Source of the DNA: a bacterium
GTDB taxonomy: Bacteria > CLD3 > SB21
Assembly (NCBI GenBank): GCA_013360215.1
Contig: JABWCP010000025.1
Coordinates: 1-46,797, forward strand
Reading direction: 5' to 3'
DNA length: 46,797 nt
Shown piece by piece: positions 30,698-41,633 of this stretch (position 1 is its first letter; each line of letters starts with the position of its first letter). Below the pieces are notes generated by a model. That model was not told the DNA's origin. It searched no databases and worked only from the letters and a program-made list of their open reading frames with translations. The translations under genes and the position numbers were made by a program.

Positions 30698-30724
30698 TTT
30701 TCGTCAAGTGATGTGATGGATGTA

Positions 30725-30760
30725 ATAAAAAAACGCCTCCATGTTGAGGCGTTTTTTTAT
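30725..30760. terminator. Bidirectional intrinsic terminator
   Basis: ATAAAAAAACGCCTC...GAGGCGTTTTTTTAT between convergent genes. Confidence 0.85.
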
Positions 30761-30786
30761 TGAACTATGATTTTATGAGGAATGCC

Positions 30787-31248
30787 TCAACCGGCTAATC
30801 GGGATTTGACCATATCCTGAACTTTTTTTCCGTCGGCTTTACCTTTGACTTTAGGCATGAGTGCGCCCATGAGTTTACCCATGTCTTTGGCGGAGGTAAT
30901 ACCTGTTGTACGAATCGCCTCGTCAATAATAGCGGCCAATTCATCATCGTTCAACTGTTTCGGAAGGAACTCGCTAATGAGGGCCAGTTCGGTTTTTTCT
31001 TTGTCGGCCAGATCCTGACGTCCACCTTTTTCATATAATTCGATAGCTTCTTTACGGCGTTTGCTTTCCGCGAGAAGAAAATTCATCTCGTCTTCCGCTT
31101 TAAAATTTTGACCTTTATCGATTAAAACTTTCTGCAATCCGGCTTTGAGCGTGCGAATAATATCTAGTTTTTCCTTTTCGCCGGATTTCATGGCGGCTTT
31201 CATATCTTCGCCGAGTTTTTTAAATAATTCGGAATCAACAACGTTCAT
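30787..31248 (-). CDS. yqeY: GatB/YqeY domain protein
   Basis: DMKAAMK, KRRKEAIELYEKGGRQDL, FLPKQL, KDMGKLMG, GKADGK. Confidence 0.92.
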   Translation of the reverse strand: MNVVDSELFKKLGEDMKAAMKSGEKEKLDIIRTLKAGLQKVLIDKGQNFKAEDEMNFLLAESKRRKEAIELYEKGGRQDLADKEKTELALISEFLPKQLNDDELAAIIDEAIRTTGITSAKDMGKLMGALMPKVKGKADGKKVQDMVKSRLAG

Positions 31249-31271
31249 AACACTCCTTGTATGTTTATAAA

Positions 31272-34200
31272 TTATGATGGTAGAGTTTTAGGTTGTAAAG
31301 GAAGACTAAATGTCATCTCGGTAAATTCACCTTCGCGGCTGTCCACAGAGATTGAGCCGTTATGTTTTTCGATGATGGAGTAGGATATGGACAAACCGAG
31401 ACCTGTACCTTGTCCTACGGGTTTGGTTGTAAAAAAAGGATCGAAAATCTTACTGCGAATTGACGGAGGAATGCCTGCGCCATTATCTCTGATTTTAACC
31501 TGGATACCGTTTTCCGTATTGGCTGTATGAATTCGTATGACACCTTCGATGGTTTTTTTGCCGCGGAATCGTTGTTCGATAGCTTGTGCCGCATTGATAA
31601 AAAGATTGAGCAAAACTTGGTTGATTTGATTGGCATAACAATAAACCGCCTTGGTTGCTTCGTATTGTCCTTCAATGCGGAGGATGTGACGGTATTGGTT
31701 GTAAAAAAGTTTCAGCGTGGTTTCGATGCATTCGTGGATATCCACCTGATTCAGATCGGCTTCGTCAAGGCGTGAAAAATTACGAAGATCTTTGACGATA
31801 AGGCGAATTCGGTCGGAGGCGTGTTGTATGGCGGATAACAGATTATCCAAATCGCTGATAACAAATTCGTAATCCAGTGCTTCTTTATACGATGCTATTT
31901 CTCGGGACGCCGGTAGCAAGGATTCGTATTTGGCTATGAGCTGGCGAAGCACTTTGATATAATCTCCGACATAAGCCACGTTGCCCGTCAGAACGGACGT
32001 GGGGTTGTTGATTTCATGTGCGACACCGGCGACGAGTTGGCCGAGCGCCGACATTTTTTCTGATTGCACAAGTTGCGATTGGGTTCGTTTGAGCTGATCC
32101 AATAGACCTTCGAGTTCGTTTTTTTGCCGTTCGATCTCCGAGGTGCGTTGATTGACCATGGATTCGAGGCGCTGGGTACGGTCACGCATCGAACGCAGTT
32201 TGAATGCGACACGTATACGGTATGTCCCGTAAGCGCCATACAGGGCGATGCCTGCAAAAATAAGCATGATGACGGGATTCATCCAAAATGGTCGCGGAAT
32301 GTGGAGTGTAGCGCGCGCTTCGTCCGATGACAACACGTACTCGGCATTACGTGCACGAACATGGAGCGTGTACGTGCCGGGCCCCAAATTGGTATAACGC
32401 ACTTCGCTTTTGCGCGTCCATTCCGACCACGTTTGATCAAATCCCTCGAGGCGGTATTGATACCAGTTGTCCTTTTCATCAAGAAATGACGGTGCGACAA
32501 ACTCAAACGTAACGGTATTGGTTTCTATCGTCCAAGATTTATCGGTTAGATGCGGCGTAAAATCCGGCAAAACAAAAACGGAATCATCCGATCGAATCCG
32601 CTGAATCAGAACGTGCGGTGCGGGCATATTCATGGGCGCGGACTTTTCATCATAACAGGTGACACCGCCGAATGTACCGATCCATATCTGATGCTTTTCA
32701 TCAATAAAAAAAGCATTGTTCGTCGTGCTCTCGTCTATCGGTAAACCGCGATTGCGGTTGAGCATTTTGGTAACCTGCATCCCGGCATCAACACGCATGC
32801 GGCCAAAACCTTTGCAGCCGACCCACAATTCGTTATGCATAAAATCCCATGCGAGTACCGGTACGACGTTATCCCCAAAGCCGAGAGACTTGGGTTTGTA
32901 ATTAATAAAATGACTACCGTCAAAACGCGAAATTCCGGCATCCGTACCTATCCATACAATGCCTGAAGGGTCACGGCGAACCACATTGACTGTATTATCA
33001 ATCAGTCCGTCGCGATTTGTCCAGTTTGTGATATGCATCGTATGGTTGGGCAATTGTTCAATACGCGAAAGCCCTCCATCAATTCCTGCCCAAATGGTAT
33101 TTTGTGAATCGGCAAAAACGGACCACACCGCATTACCGGCGAGTCCGGAGTCTTTATTGATCACGGTTGCGGATAGGCCGTCCCATCGGATCAAACCCGA
33201 AAGCGTGCCAAACCAAAGTTGACCGGTGAGGTCTTCTTCGATGTCTACGATAGGGCCGCCGGTTTTAGTAAATATATCGGTGCGATCGGTGAGTTGTCCC
33301 TGTTCATAGGTGTAAATGTGCTGTTCGGAGCCAATCCACAAAACACCTTTGCGATCAACATGCAGAGACCAAATCGTATTAGCCAATGGATTGTTTGGTG
33401 TGATCAGGTGCATTTTTTTTCCATCCCAGCGATTGACGCCCCGATCGCTGCCGATGAAGATAGTTCCTTTCCCATCGCCGGTGATCGCATTGACCACATT
33501 AAAGGCTAACCCGTCTTTGACGGTGAAATTGCGAATATTGTGAAAAGGTAATTTGATCACGCCGCCGCCGTCTGTGCCCACCCAAATAATGCCCTCGCGA
33601 TCGGAAAAAATTGAAACACAACTATTAGATGATACATTCTCATCGGCGAGTATATTTTCAAAATTACCGTTTGTAAACTTGGCGAAACCTAACTCTGTAC
33701 CGATCCACACCGATGCATCATTGGCCGCGCATACGGATTTTATTTTGCTGCTTCGAAGTCCGTTTCGGCTATCATACAATCGCGTAAAAGCGCGTACATC
33801 AAGGCTCTTCTGATCAAGCATCGCGTTGATATCCGTCACGCCGAGCCCGTTGTCGGTGGCGAAAAGCAAGCGTCCGCGGCCGTCCTGAGCCATTTCAGAA
33901 ACATAAGACGGAAATGCGGATGGTGATCGCGGTATAACAAAAAAAGAATCGGTATAGGTTGTACCGTTAAAATATTTCCAAGCGATACCCCGACTGCCGG
34001 CAAACCAGATATGACCATAACTGTCTACAAAAGCCGTGCGAAAAGACACGGACTCTGGAAGATGACTGATTTTGATGTGATGGTATTGAGCGGTGTCTTG
34101 CAAATAAATGCCGCGGTCGGTAGTTATCCACGTGCGGCCCGTGCGGTCTTTGATGAGTTGCCAAACCGCTAAAGATTCGCCATTGTCGGTGATGGTGATT

Positions 34201-34532
34201 GTAGTAAAATTTTTACCGTCAAAACGAACTAAACCCTCATCCGTTCCAAGCCAGATGATACCGGACGAATCCAAACTCAGATTTCGAATCGTATTGCCGG
34301 GTAATCCTTCATCTTTGGTATACACCGTGTACTCGATACCGTCGTAGCGTACTAATCCGCCGGTCGTCGCGAACCACAGGATACCATTGGCATCTTGCAC
34401 AATATCCCAAACTTGCGCATGTGGAAAACCGGAACTCAGATTATAATAACGGAGAAAGGGCTGCTGCGCATGCATCGGCATAGCCGTCATAATCCAACAG
34501 AATAAAATCAAGTACAGCGATTTCCGATTCAT
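31272..34532 (-). CDS. Sensor histidine kinase with periplasmic beta-propeller repeats and Y_Y_Y domain
   Basis: Repeated D..G..W.GT..G blades, [57 protein letters not shown]; start set at ATG 34532 before the signal peptide. Confidence 0.92.
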   Translation of the reverse strand: MNRKSLYLILFCWIMTAMPMHAQQPFLRYYNLSSGFPHAQVWDIVQDANGILWFATTGGLVRYDGIEYTVYTKDEGLPGNTIRNLSLDSSGIIWLGTDEGLVRFDGKNFTTITITDNGESLAVWQLIKDRTGRTWITTDRGIYLQDTAQYHHIKISHLPESVSFRTAFVDSYGHIWFAGSRGIAWKYFNGTTYTDSFFVIPRSPSAFPSYVSEMAQDGRGRLLFATDNGLGVTDINAMLDQKSLDVRAFTRLYDSRNGLRSSKIKSVCAANDASVWIGTELGFAKFTNGNFENILADENVSSNSCVSIFSDREGIIWVGTDGGGVIKLPFHNIRNFTVKDGLAFNVVNAITGDGKGTIFIGSDRGVNRWDGKKMHLITPNNPLANTIWSLHVDRKGVLWIGSEQHIYTYEQGQLTDRTDIFTKTGGPIVDIEEDLTGQLWFGTLSGLIRWDGLSATVINKDSGLAGNAVWSVFADSQNTIWAGIDGGLSRIEQLPNHTMHITNWTNRDGLIDNTVNVVRRDPSGIVWIGTDAGISRFDGSHFINYKPKSLGFGDNVVPVLAWDFMHNELWVGCKGFGRMRVDAGMQVTKMLNRNRGLPIDESTTNNAFFIDEKHQIWIGTFGGVTCYDEKSAPMNMPAPHVLIQRIRSDDSVFVLPDFTPHLTDKSWTIETNTVTFEFVAPSFLDEKDNWYQYRLEGFDQTWSEWTRKSEVRYTNLGPGTYTLHVRARNAEYVLSSDEARATLHIPRPFWMNPVIMLIFAGIALYGAYGTYRIRVAFKLRSMRDRTQRLESMVNQRTSEIERQKNELEGLLDQLKRTQSQLVQSEKMSALGQLVAGVAHEINNPTSVLTGNVAYVGDYIKVLRQLIAKYESLLPASREIASYKEALDYEFVISDLDNLLSAIQHASDRIRLIVKDLRNFSRLDEADLNQVDIHECIETTLKLFYNQYRHILRIEGQYEATKAVYCYANQINQVLLNLFINAAQAIEQRFRGKKTIEGVIRIHTANTENGIQVKIRDNGAGIPPSIRSKIFDPFFTTKPVGQGTGLGLSISYSIIEKHNGSISVDSREGEFTEMTFSLPLQPKTLPS

Positions 34533-34679
34533 GCCGCGTAGGATATTGTGAATAAATGTCGGAAAATATAGGCGTCCAACGTGCGAAATGCAAAAACAAA
34601 ACATGTATAAAAAGTTGAATCTCACGGGTAAAAATGGTAACATCCCACGTAAAATCGGACGATATTTTTCGTAAGTTTT

Positions 34680-35654
34680 ATGCACTTATTTCTTCTAATT
34701 TTTTTAGCCGTTACCATGCAAACCTTTGCGCAAGAGGCCAAACTACGATATGCCATAGCCATTCACGGCGGTGCGGGGGTGATTTCCAAAGATATGCCCG
34801 ACTCTGTTAAAAACAAATACACAGCCGGTTTGACGGAGGCGTTGCAAAAAGGCGTGGCAATGTTGGAAACCGGACAGAACGGGCTGGATGTCGTCGAAAC
34901 GGTTGTTCGCGTTCTGGAAGACAACCCGTTGTTTAATGCCGGCCGAGGTTCGGTTTTTACTGCGGACGGTACGCATGAGATGGACGCTTCGATCATGAAC
35001 GGAAAATCGTTATCCTGTGGGGCGGTAGCCGGTGTTAAAACAATAAAAAATCCGATTTCGCTGGCACGCCTTGTCATGGAAAAAACATCGCATGTGTTTT
35101 TATCCGGTGAGGGTGCTGAAGTTTTTGCCCGTGAAATGGGTGTGGATACGGCCGGTGCAGATTATTTCTACGATGCCTATCGCTACGAGCAGTGGAAAAA
35201 AGCGAAACAGAAACATCAGATACAACTTGATCATTCGGCCGATGAAAAAAAAGGTACAGTGGGTTGTGTCGTGTTGGACAGCGAGGGAAATTTGTATGCC
35301 GCCACTTCGACCGGCGGTATGACCAATAAACGAAAAGGTCGGATCGGGGATTCGCCCATCATCGGCGCCGGTACTTACGCCAGTAATGCCTCTTGCGCCG
35401 TGTCGTGTACCGGTACGGGTGAACAGTATATTCGCCACACGGTCGCCCGCGATCTGGCTGCGCGTATTGAGTATAAAAATGAAACGTTGTCTCAGAGTGC
35501 GCGTTACCTGATCCATGAAGTTTTGGAAAAAGGCGATGGCGGATTGATCGCTGTGGATAAAAAAGGCCATATCGTACTTGAGTTTAATACGCCGGGCATG
35601 TTTCGCGGTGCAGCCGATGCATCGGGAAGATTTGAAGTTAAAATCTGGGAATAA
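34680..35654 (+). CDS. iaaA: Isoaspartyl peptidase/L-asparaginase (Ntn hydrolase) with signal peptide
   Basis: IAIHGGAG, LED.P.FNAG.GS, GTVG nucleophile, TSTGG, GRIGDSPIIGAG. Confidence 0.93.
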   Translation: MHLFLLIFLAVTMQTFAQEAKLRYAIAIHGGAGVISKDMPDSVKNKYTAGLTEALQKGVAMLETGQNGLDVVETVVRVLEDNPLFNAGRGSVFTADGTHEMDASIMNGKSLSCGAVAGVKTIKNPISLARLVMEKTSHVFLSGEGAEVFAREMGVDTAGADYFYDAYRYEQWKKAKQKHQIQLDHSADEKKGTVGCVVLDSEGNLYAATSTGGMTNKRKGRIGDSPIIGAGTYASNASCAVSCTGTGEQYIRHTVARDLAARIEYKNETLSQSARYLIHEVLEKGDGGLIAVDKKGHIVLEFNTPGMFRGAADASGRFEVKIWE

Positions 35655-35728
35655 ACCGAAACGAAAAAAAAGTTCTGTTCAGTATAAATTAACCTTAATT
35701 ACCTATATCATTTCGAACCGGAGACAAC

Positions 35729-37099
35729 ATGGAAAAGGTCATCAGCCACATCGAATCCAACAAGGACCGTTATGTCGAAGAACTCAAAGATTTTTTGAAA
35801 ATTCCCAGCGTCAGTACCAATCCCGAAAACAAAAAAGATGTACAGCATTGTGCGGAATGGGTAGCGCAGCACATGACCCATATCGGATTGAATAACGTAA
35901 AAGTTTGCCCTACGGCGGGGCATCCTGTCGTGTATGGCGAATGGCTTGGCGCACCGGGCAAACCGACCGTACTTTTGTACGGGCACTACGATGTGCAGCC
36001 GGTTGATCCGCTCAATCTTTGGACCAGCGGTCCTTTTGAACCGACCATTCGTGACGGCTATATCTATGCCCGCGGATCGGCGGATGACAAAGGCCAGGTG
36101 TTCCTCAATCTGAAAAGCATCGAAGCGCATTTGAAAATCAACGGTAGTCTGCCGGTGAATGTCAAACTGATGATCGAAGGCGAAGAAGAGATCGGCAGCG
36201 AACATCTTGAGCCGTTTATGAAAGAAAACAAGGAAATGCTCAAGGCTGATGTCGTATTGATCTCCGATACGTCCATGTTTGATGACGGTATTCCCTCGAT
36301 TGCTTACGGATTGCGCGGGCTCTGCTACATGCAAGTCGAACTAACCGGTCCGAACCGTGATCTGCACAGTGGTACTTATGGCGGCGCCGTCGGTAATCCG
36401 ATCAATGAATTGGCTAACATGATCGCCAAACTCAAAGACAAAAACGGAAAAATCACGATTCCGGGATTTTACGATAAAGTCAAACCGCTCACCAAAGCAC
36501 AACGCGATGCTTATAAAAAACTGCCCTTTAATAAAAAAGGCTATTTGAAAGACCTTGGCATCAAAGAAACATTCGGTGAAAAAGGGTATTCGATTTTAGA
36601 GCAGGTGAGCGGGCGTCCGACACTGGATTGCAACGGTATCTGGGGCGGTTTCCAAGGTGAAGGTGCCAAAACCGTATTGCCATCCAAAGCCGGTGCGAAG
36701 ATCAGCATGCGGTTAGTTCCCGGTCAGAAACCGGCGGAGATCGCCAAACTTTTCGAAAAATATATCAAAAAGATAGCGCCGAAAACGATGCAGGTCAAAG
36801 TGATCGCGTTGCACGGCGGAGATCCGGCTATGACCGATATTACGACCAAAGAAATGACCGCCGCTTCGACGGCGATGCAAAAAGTATTCAAAAAGAAACC
36901 ACTTTTTACACGCGAAGGCGGTTCGATCCCTGTCGTGGCGGCTTTTGAACGCTTGCTGGGACTCAAAACGATTATGTTAGGATTTGGTTTGGATACCGAC
37001 GCGATCCATTCGCCCAATGAACGCTTTAAGCTGGATAATTTTCATAAAGGCATTCTGACCACGGCGTATTTTTATGATGAAATGGCCAAAATGAAATAA
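35729..37099 (+). CDS. M20 family dipeptidase
   Basis: YGHYDVQP, RGSADDKG, EGEEEIGS, DLHSG, GGSIP, HSPNE. Confidence 0.93.
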   Translation: MEKVISHIESNKDRYVEELKDFLKIPSVSTNPENKKDVQHCAEWVAQHMTHIGLNNVKVCPTAGHPVVYGEWLGAPGKPTVLLYGHYDVQPVDPLNLWTSGPFEPTIRDGYIYARGSADDKGQVFLNLKSIEAHLKINGSLPVNVKLMIEGEEEIGSEHLEPFMKENKEMLKADVVLISDTSMFDDGIPSIAYGLRGLCYMQVELTGPNRDLHSGTYGGAVGNPINELANMIAKLKDKNGKITIPGFYDKVKPLTKAQRDAYKKLPFNKKGYLKDLGIKETFGEKGYSILEQVSGRPTLDCNGIWGGFQGEGAKTVLPSKAGAKISMRLVPGQKPAEIAKLFEKYIKKIAPKTMQVKVIALHGGDPAMTDITTKEMTAASTAMQKVFKKKPLFTREGGSIPVVAAFERLLGLKTIMLGFGLDTDAIHSPNERFKLDNFHKGILTTAYFYDEMAKMK

Positions 37100-38319
37100 T
37101 GGCAATTCACAAGTCATTTTCCATTTTTGCCGGCATTGGGGTTTTCCTCAGTGCAGTGGTCGTGTCCTTATGGATTTGTGAAGGCATTCTTTGGCTGATG
37201 GGTTATAATCCGTTGTTGTATTATGCCGGAATGCCCAATCATCAGTATCGTCACAAAACGTTTGAGTTTAATGTCGCGTACGAACAGAATGAATTCGGTT
37301 TTCGCACGCCGAATGTGTCCTTTGAGAAACCGCGCAATACGTACCGTATAGTTATTTTGGGTGATTCTTATACCTACGGGCTTGGCGTAGAGGATGCCGA
37401 AGTTTATGCACGGCAGCTTGAAATCAGGTTCAATACTTTCTTTAAAAGCACGAGTTCGTCGCGCCGCGTACAAGTCATCAATCTTGGCATTTCCAATCGG
37501 GCGATCGGTGATTATTTAGCCTTTTATCAGTCCGTCGGCATCCGCTATCAACCGGATTTGACGATCGTATCGTTCTTCGAAGGTAATGATGTTTCGGATG
37601 AAGTTTCTGAGGTATTGCCGACAGGAGATGTATTAGACGAAACGGGTGCTTATGCGTTTATCCGGAATTCATTACAAGGGATATCGCCGCGATTATTCAA
37701 ACTGATCAAAATTACCAAGAAGCAATGGAAACACAAAGCGCTCACTGAATTCCGAGCGGTGTTACCTTGGTCGGAAGATAAACTCGTACAACATCTGATG
37801 GTATCCGGTATAGACAGTGCGTACGCTGTAAAACGGATAAAAGAAATTCCGGATGCAATGCGGGAAGATGTATTGACCAATCGTATCTACCGACCGGCCT
37901 TTGCACGATGGTGTGCAGGGCAACAAGCCAATATTGCTTTGCCCGATACGCTGACCATGCGTCGTAACGAAAAGTTTACGGCGGAAACGTTTGGGCGTTT
38001 GGTTGACTTGGCGCGTCACAATCATTCGGATATCATGCTGGCGGCCATACCGTCGCCTTTTGCGGTTGTTCAGAAAGAGAAGTTAGTTTGGGCTGTTTCA
38101 TCACCTCCTGAGAAGGTACAGGAGCAAATCAGGAATCTGGTCATTCGGATGTGTAAAGAAAACCAAACGGCTTACATAGACTTGAAACCTGCTTTGAAGG
38201 CTGCCGATCAAGCCGGTGAAACGACACATTTTGCCTATGATCTGCACTGGACGGCAAGGGGACATCGTTTGGTCGCCGATACGTTATTTGAACGCATTAA
38301 AGATCGCGTCACCAACTAA
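37099..38319 (+). CDS. Membrane-anchored SGNH/GDSL hydrolase (AlgX/AlgJ-like)
   Basis: LGDSYT, NLG, GND, D.HW...GH motifs; N-terminal TM. Confidence 0.85.
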   Translation: MAIHKSFSIFAGIGVFLSAVVVSLWICEGILWLMGYNPLLYYAGMPNHQYRHKTFEFNVAYEQNEFGFRTPNVSFEKPRNTYRIVILGDSYTYGLGVEDAEVYARQLEIRFNTFFKSTSSSRRVQVINLGISNRAIGDYLAFYQSVGIRYQPDLTIVSFFEGNDVSDEVSEVLPTGDVLDETGAYAFIRNSLQGISPRLFKLIKITKKQWKHKALTEFRAVLPWSEDKLVQHLMVSGIDSAYAVKRIKEIPDAMREDVLTNRIYRPAFARWCAGQQANIALPDTLTMRRNEKFTAETFGRLVDLARHNHSDIMLAAIPSPFAVVQKEKLVWAVSSPPEKVQEQIRNLVIRMCKENQTAYIDLKPALKAADQAGETTHFAYDLHWTARGHRLVADTLFERIKDRVTN

Positions 38320-38329
38320 TAGAGAACCC

Positions 38330-39079
38330 ATGTTAACTCAATTATTACGCGGCACAAGTTATCCTTTTACGGCGTTCGGTTTTATCGTTCATCACCGTCT
38401 CCTGCGGTGGGTGTTAGCACCGTTTCTGATCAATGTGTTGCTTTTCGGTGCTTTTTTCGTATGGACGATCATACATATCAGCGATGTCATACATTGGATG
38501 GAAACCGGGTTTCTCGGTGAAATGAATATTGTACTTTTTTGGATTGTCGCAGCGATCATACTGACGATCTATATACTGATCATGGCCTACATTTGGAGTT
38601 TGATCGGCGGATTAGTCGCTGCACCTTTTAATCAGTACCTCAGTGTACAATCGGAACATATTGAAGGTCTCGTATCCGATCATACCACTTCGTGGTGGCA
38701 TGACCTCTACCGCGCGTTGATCGCCGAACTGAAAAAAATTACATTTCTTTTGTTTCTGATAACGCCTTTGGTTTTATTGCCGCTCATGTTGCTCCATCTG
38801 ATACCCGGCTTCGGAAGTGTGCTCTATGCGATACTGATGTTCGGGTATGTCAGTTTCGCGACAGCATTCAGTTTTTTGGATTATGTATTGGAAAATCGCC
38901 GATTTGGTTTTCGCGAAAAGCTGCGTTTTGTAATGGCCAATCGCGCCTTCTGTTTTGGTTTCGGCGGCGTTTCCGCTCTGCTTTTGATGATTCCTTTTAT
39001 CAATGTACTTTTTATACCTGTGTTGGCCGTTAGCGCCACGCTCATGTATATACGTGAACCTATGCAACAAAAACGGTGA
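38330..39079 (+). CDS. EI24/CysZ-like membrane protein
   Basis: LAPFLIN, AAPFN.YLS...E, FLDY, GFG, IPFIN; start corrected to ATG 38330. Confidence 0.82.
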   Translation: MLTQLLRGTSYPFTAFGFIVHHRLLRWVLAPFLINVLLFGAFFVWTIIHISDVIHWMETGFLGEMNIVLFWIVAAIILTIYILIMAYIWSLIGGLVAAPFNQYLSVQSEHIEGLVSDHTTSWWHDLYRALIAELKKITFLLFLITPLVLLPLMLLHLIPGFGSVLYAILMFGYVSFATAFSFLDYVLENRRFGFREKLRFVMANRAFCFGFGGVSALLLMIPFINVLFIPVLAVSATLMYIREPMQQKR

Positions 39080-40602
39080 ATGGAGCTATGACAGAATTTG
39101 CCATCCATGGAGACAATCTGAGTATTGCGGTGATTTCAGAAATTCTGAAAAATAAACCCCGCGTGGTATTGACCGAATCCGCTAAACAAACTATTAACCG
39201 GGGACGCCGGACCATCGAAGACATTGTCAGCTCGGGGCGTGTGGTGTACGGTGTGAATACGGGATTCGGAAAATTCAGCGACGTACGCATTTCCGACGAT
39301 CAGCTTGAAATTTTACAGGAAAACTTAGTGCGCAGCCATGCCTGCGGCGTCGGTGAACCTTTTCCGGCAGACATCGCAAAAGTGATGTTACTTCTTAAAG
39401 CCAACGGATTAGCCAAAGGGTATTCCGGTGTACGATTGGAAATCGTCGAAACATTATTAGCCATGTTTAATGCGGACGTCCTACCGGTGATACCACAACA
39501 AGGTTCCGTCGGTTCGAGCGGAGATCTGGCGCCACTGGCGCATTTGACTTTGGTGTTGATGGGCGAAGGCGAAGCTTGGTTTCAGGGGCAACGTCTGCCC
39601 GGTGGCGAAGCTATGAAGCGCGCAGGAATAAAGCCGGTACGGCTTCGCTCCAAAGAAGGCCTGGCTGTGCTCAATGGTACGCAAACGATGACGGCTACGG
39701 CGGTCGTCAATCTCATACGTGCAAAAAATTGTATGGAAGCGGCTGAAATCTGCGGCGCCATGTCCATGGAGGTTTTGCTGTGTACGCCGACAGCGTTTGA
39801 TCCGCGTATCCAGGATGTGCGAAATCAAACCGGTCAGATCGAGTCCGCGCGACGTCTGCGTGATCTGGTCGCGGGCAGTCCTTTGATCGCGTCCCATGCC
39901 GATTGCAAAAAAGTGCAAGATGCGTACAGCGTGAGGTGCATGCCGCAGGTTCATGGCGCGACGCGGGATGCGATCGCGTATGTACAACAGATCGTCGAGC
40001 GGGAGATCAATGCGGCGACAGATAATCCGCTGATTTTTTCGGAAGACGGCGATGTGTTATCGGGTGGTAATTTTCATGGCCAGCCGGTCGCGCTCGTAAT
40101 GGATTTTCTGGCGATAGCCGTGAGTGAAATCGGTAATATTTCCGAACGTCGCACGGCATGGATGATGGACGGGCATTTGAGCGACGGTTTGCCGCCGTTT
40201 TTGGCAAAAGATGGCGGGCTCAACTCCGGGTATATGATCGCACAATACGCGGCCGCGGCGCTGGTATCGGAGAATAAATCGCTGAGCCATCCGGCCAGTG
40301 TAGATTCCGTACCGACTTCGGCCAATAAAGAAGATCACGTCAGCATGGGTACTATCGGCGCGCGCAAAGCCTACCGGATTATCGAAAACGTCGAAAATAT
40401 TTTAGCCATCGAATGGCTGTGCGCGGCCCAGGCGGGCGATTTTCGCAAGCCGATCGCATTTGCCGGCAAAACGCAAAAAGCATACGACTTACTTAGGAAA
40501 TATGTGCCGACTTTGGATAAAGACCGCAATACCAGTGTGGATATTCAAACGGCCAATGCGCAGTTACAGACGGGCGCTATGGTAAATGCGGTGTGGGGAT
40601 AA
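39076..40602 (+). CDS. hutH: Histidine ammonia-lyase
   Basis: YGVNTGFG, LVRSHA, GSVG-SSG-DLAPL, QDAYSVRC, GGNFHG, EDHVSM; start may be ATG 39088. Confidence 0.93.
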   Translation: MNGAMTEFAIHGDNLSIAVISEILKNKPRVVLTESAKQTINRGRRTIEDIVSSGRVVYGVNTGFGKFSDVRISDDQLEILQENLVRSHACGVGEPFPADIAKVMLLLKANGLAKGYSGVRLEIVETLLAMFNADVLPVIPQQGSVGSSGDLAPLAHLTLVLMGEGEAWFQGQRLPGGEAMKRAGIKPVRLRSKEGLAVLNGTQTMTATAVVNLIRAKNCMEAAEICGAMSMEVLLCTPTAFDPRIQDVRNQTGQIESARRLRDLVAGSPLIASHADCKKVQDAYSVRCMPQVHGATRDAIAYVQQIVEREINAATDNPLIFSEDGDVLSGGNFHGQPVALVMDFLAIAVSEIGNISERRTAWMMDGHLSDGLPPFLAKDGGLNSGYMIAQYAAAALVSENKSLSHPASVDSVPTSANKEDHVSMGTIGARKAYRIIENVENILAIEWLCAAQAGDFRKPIAFAGKTQKAYDLLRKYVPTLDKDRNTSVDIQTANAQLQTGAMVNAVWG

Positions 40603-40604
40603 AA

Positions 40605-41633
40605 ATGGATAGACTTGATGCCGCGTGGCGTTTGGAGCATTACAATATCTATGGCAACGACCTCCTCGGCAAACTCGACTCCCTCCAGAAACGCTACTAC
40701 TACCTCACCGATCACCTCGGAAGCGTGCGCGTCACCGTCAAAGATACAGCAGGAGTTCCCGTAGATTCGTGGAGCGATTACTATCCCTTCGGTAAAGAAT
40801 CACGCGGGTCGAGTACGGTCAATGAACCGAAAGAAGGCTACACGAGTCAACTCTACGATTCAGAATCTGATTTAATTTATTACAAACGAAGATATTACAA
40901 CCAAAATATAGCTCGATTTATTTCTGTCGATCCGTTGACTGATAAATATCCACAGTGGACTCCGTATCAATATGCCGGCAATATGCCGGTTAGATACATC
41001 GATTTGGATGGATTAGAGCCTGCACATCCCGTTAATTTGTTTTGTAATAATAACCCAACAACTGCAACTTTTTTAGGTATAGTTCAAGGGGTTTACAATT
41101 TTGGCAGCAGTATAGTTGATGGATTATCTCAAGAATCGAATGGGGCCTCATTTTCAATGAATCTACTTAAAGCGGGCCTTGAAATAGCATCAGATCCAGG
41201 CCAAGCTTTAGCTAATGTGATTAATGCCGTGGACACACGCGTAGATAATATGTCTAGTTCTAATAACTATACAAAAGCAGCAGCAATTACTGAAACTGTA
41301 CTTGATGTTGCTGCGACAGCTACGGTTGCAGCAGATGCGGTAAATTTAGTTAAAACCGCTGACGCTGTAAGTACAACCGCTAAGATGTCCGATGCCGCAA
41401 AGGTTCTTGGAAAGGCCGATGCAACAGTAAGCGCTACTTCGGGTCAAACCTATCCATGGGGCGGTGCGAGCAGAGAAGTAAGTAAAAACTTTAAAAAAGT
41501 ATCTGACACAGAGGCTGGGGCTTTATTCCAATATTCGCGAACTGACAAAAATGGAAATAAGATAGCACGCATTATTAGCGAGGAGCATAAAAGAGGAGGA
41601 ACTATAGGTGAACATTTAAGGAACGAAAAATGA
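40605..41633 (+). CDS. Orphan RHS repeat-associated core protein with putative C-terminal toxin
   Basis: YYYLTDHLGSVR, DYYPFG, RYY...ARFISVDP, PYQYAGNMPVRYIDLDGL. Confidence 0.88.
   Translation: MDRLDAAWRLEHYNIYGNDLLGKLDSLQKRYYYLTDHLGSVRVTVKDTAGVPVDSWSDYYPFGKESRGSSTVNEPKEGYTSQLYDSESDLIYYKRRYYNQNIARFISVDPLTDKYPQWTPYQYAGNMPVRYIDLDGLEPAHPVNLFCNNNPTTATFLGIVQGVYNFGSSIVDGLSQESNGASFSMNLLKAGLEIASDPGQALANVINAVDTRVDNMSSSNNYTKAAAITETVLDVAATATVAADAVNLVKTADAVSTTAKMSDAAKVLGKADATVSATSGQTYPWGGASREVSKNFKKVSDTEAGALFQYSRTDKNGNKIARIISEEHKRGGTIGEHLRNEK

Noticed and set aside
34533..34685. N-terminal extensions in the ORF track (propeller kinase; also sucC 20237, EI24 38216, WYL 46534)
   Set aside because: They run through promoter regions or neighbouring genes; downstream ATGs fit family N-termini better
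35552..35560. DnaA box TGTGGATAA / oriC near parAB
   Set aside because: Single box inside iaaA coding sequence; no box cluster in any intergenic region
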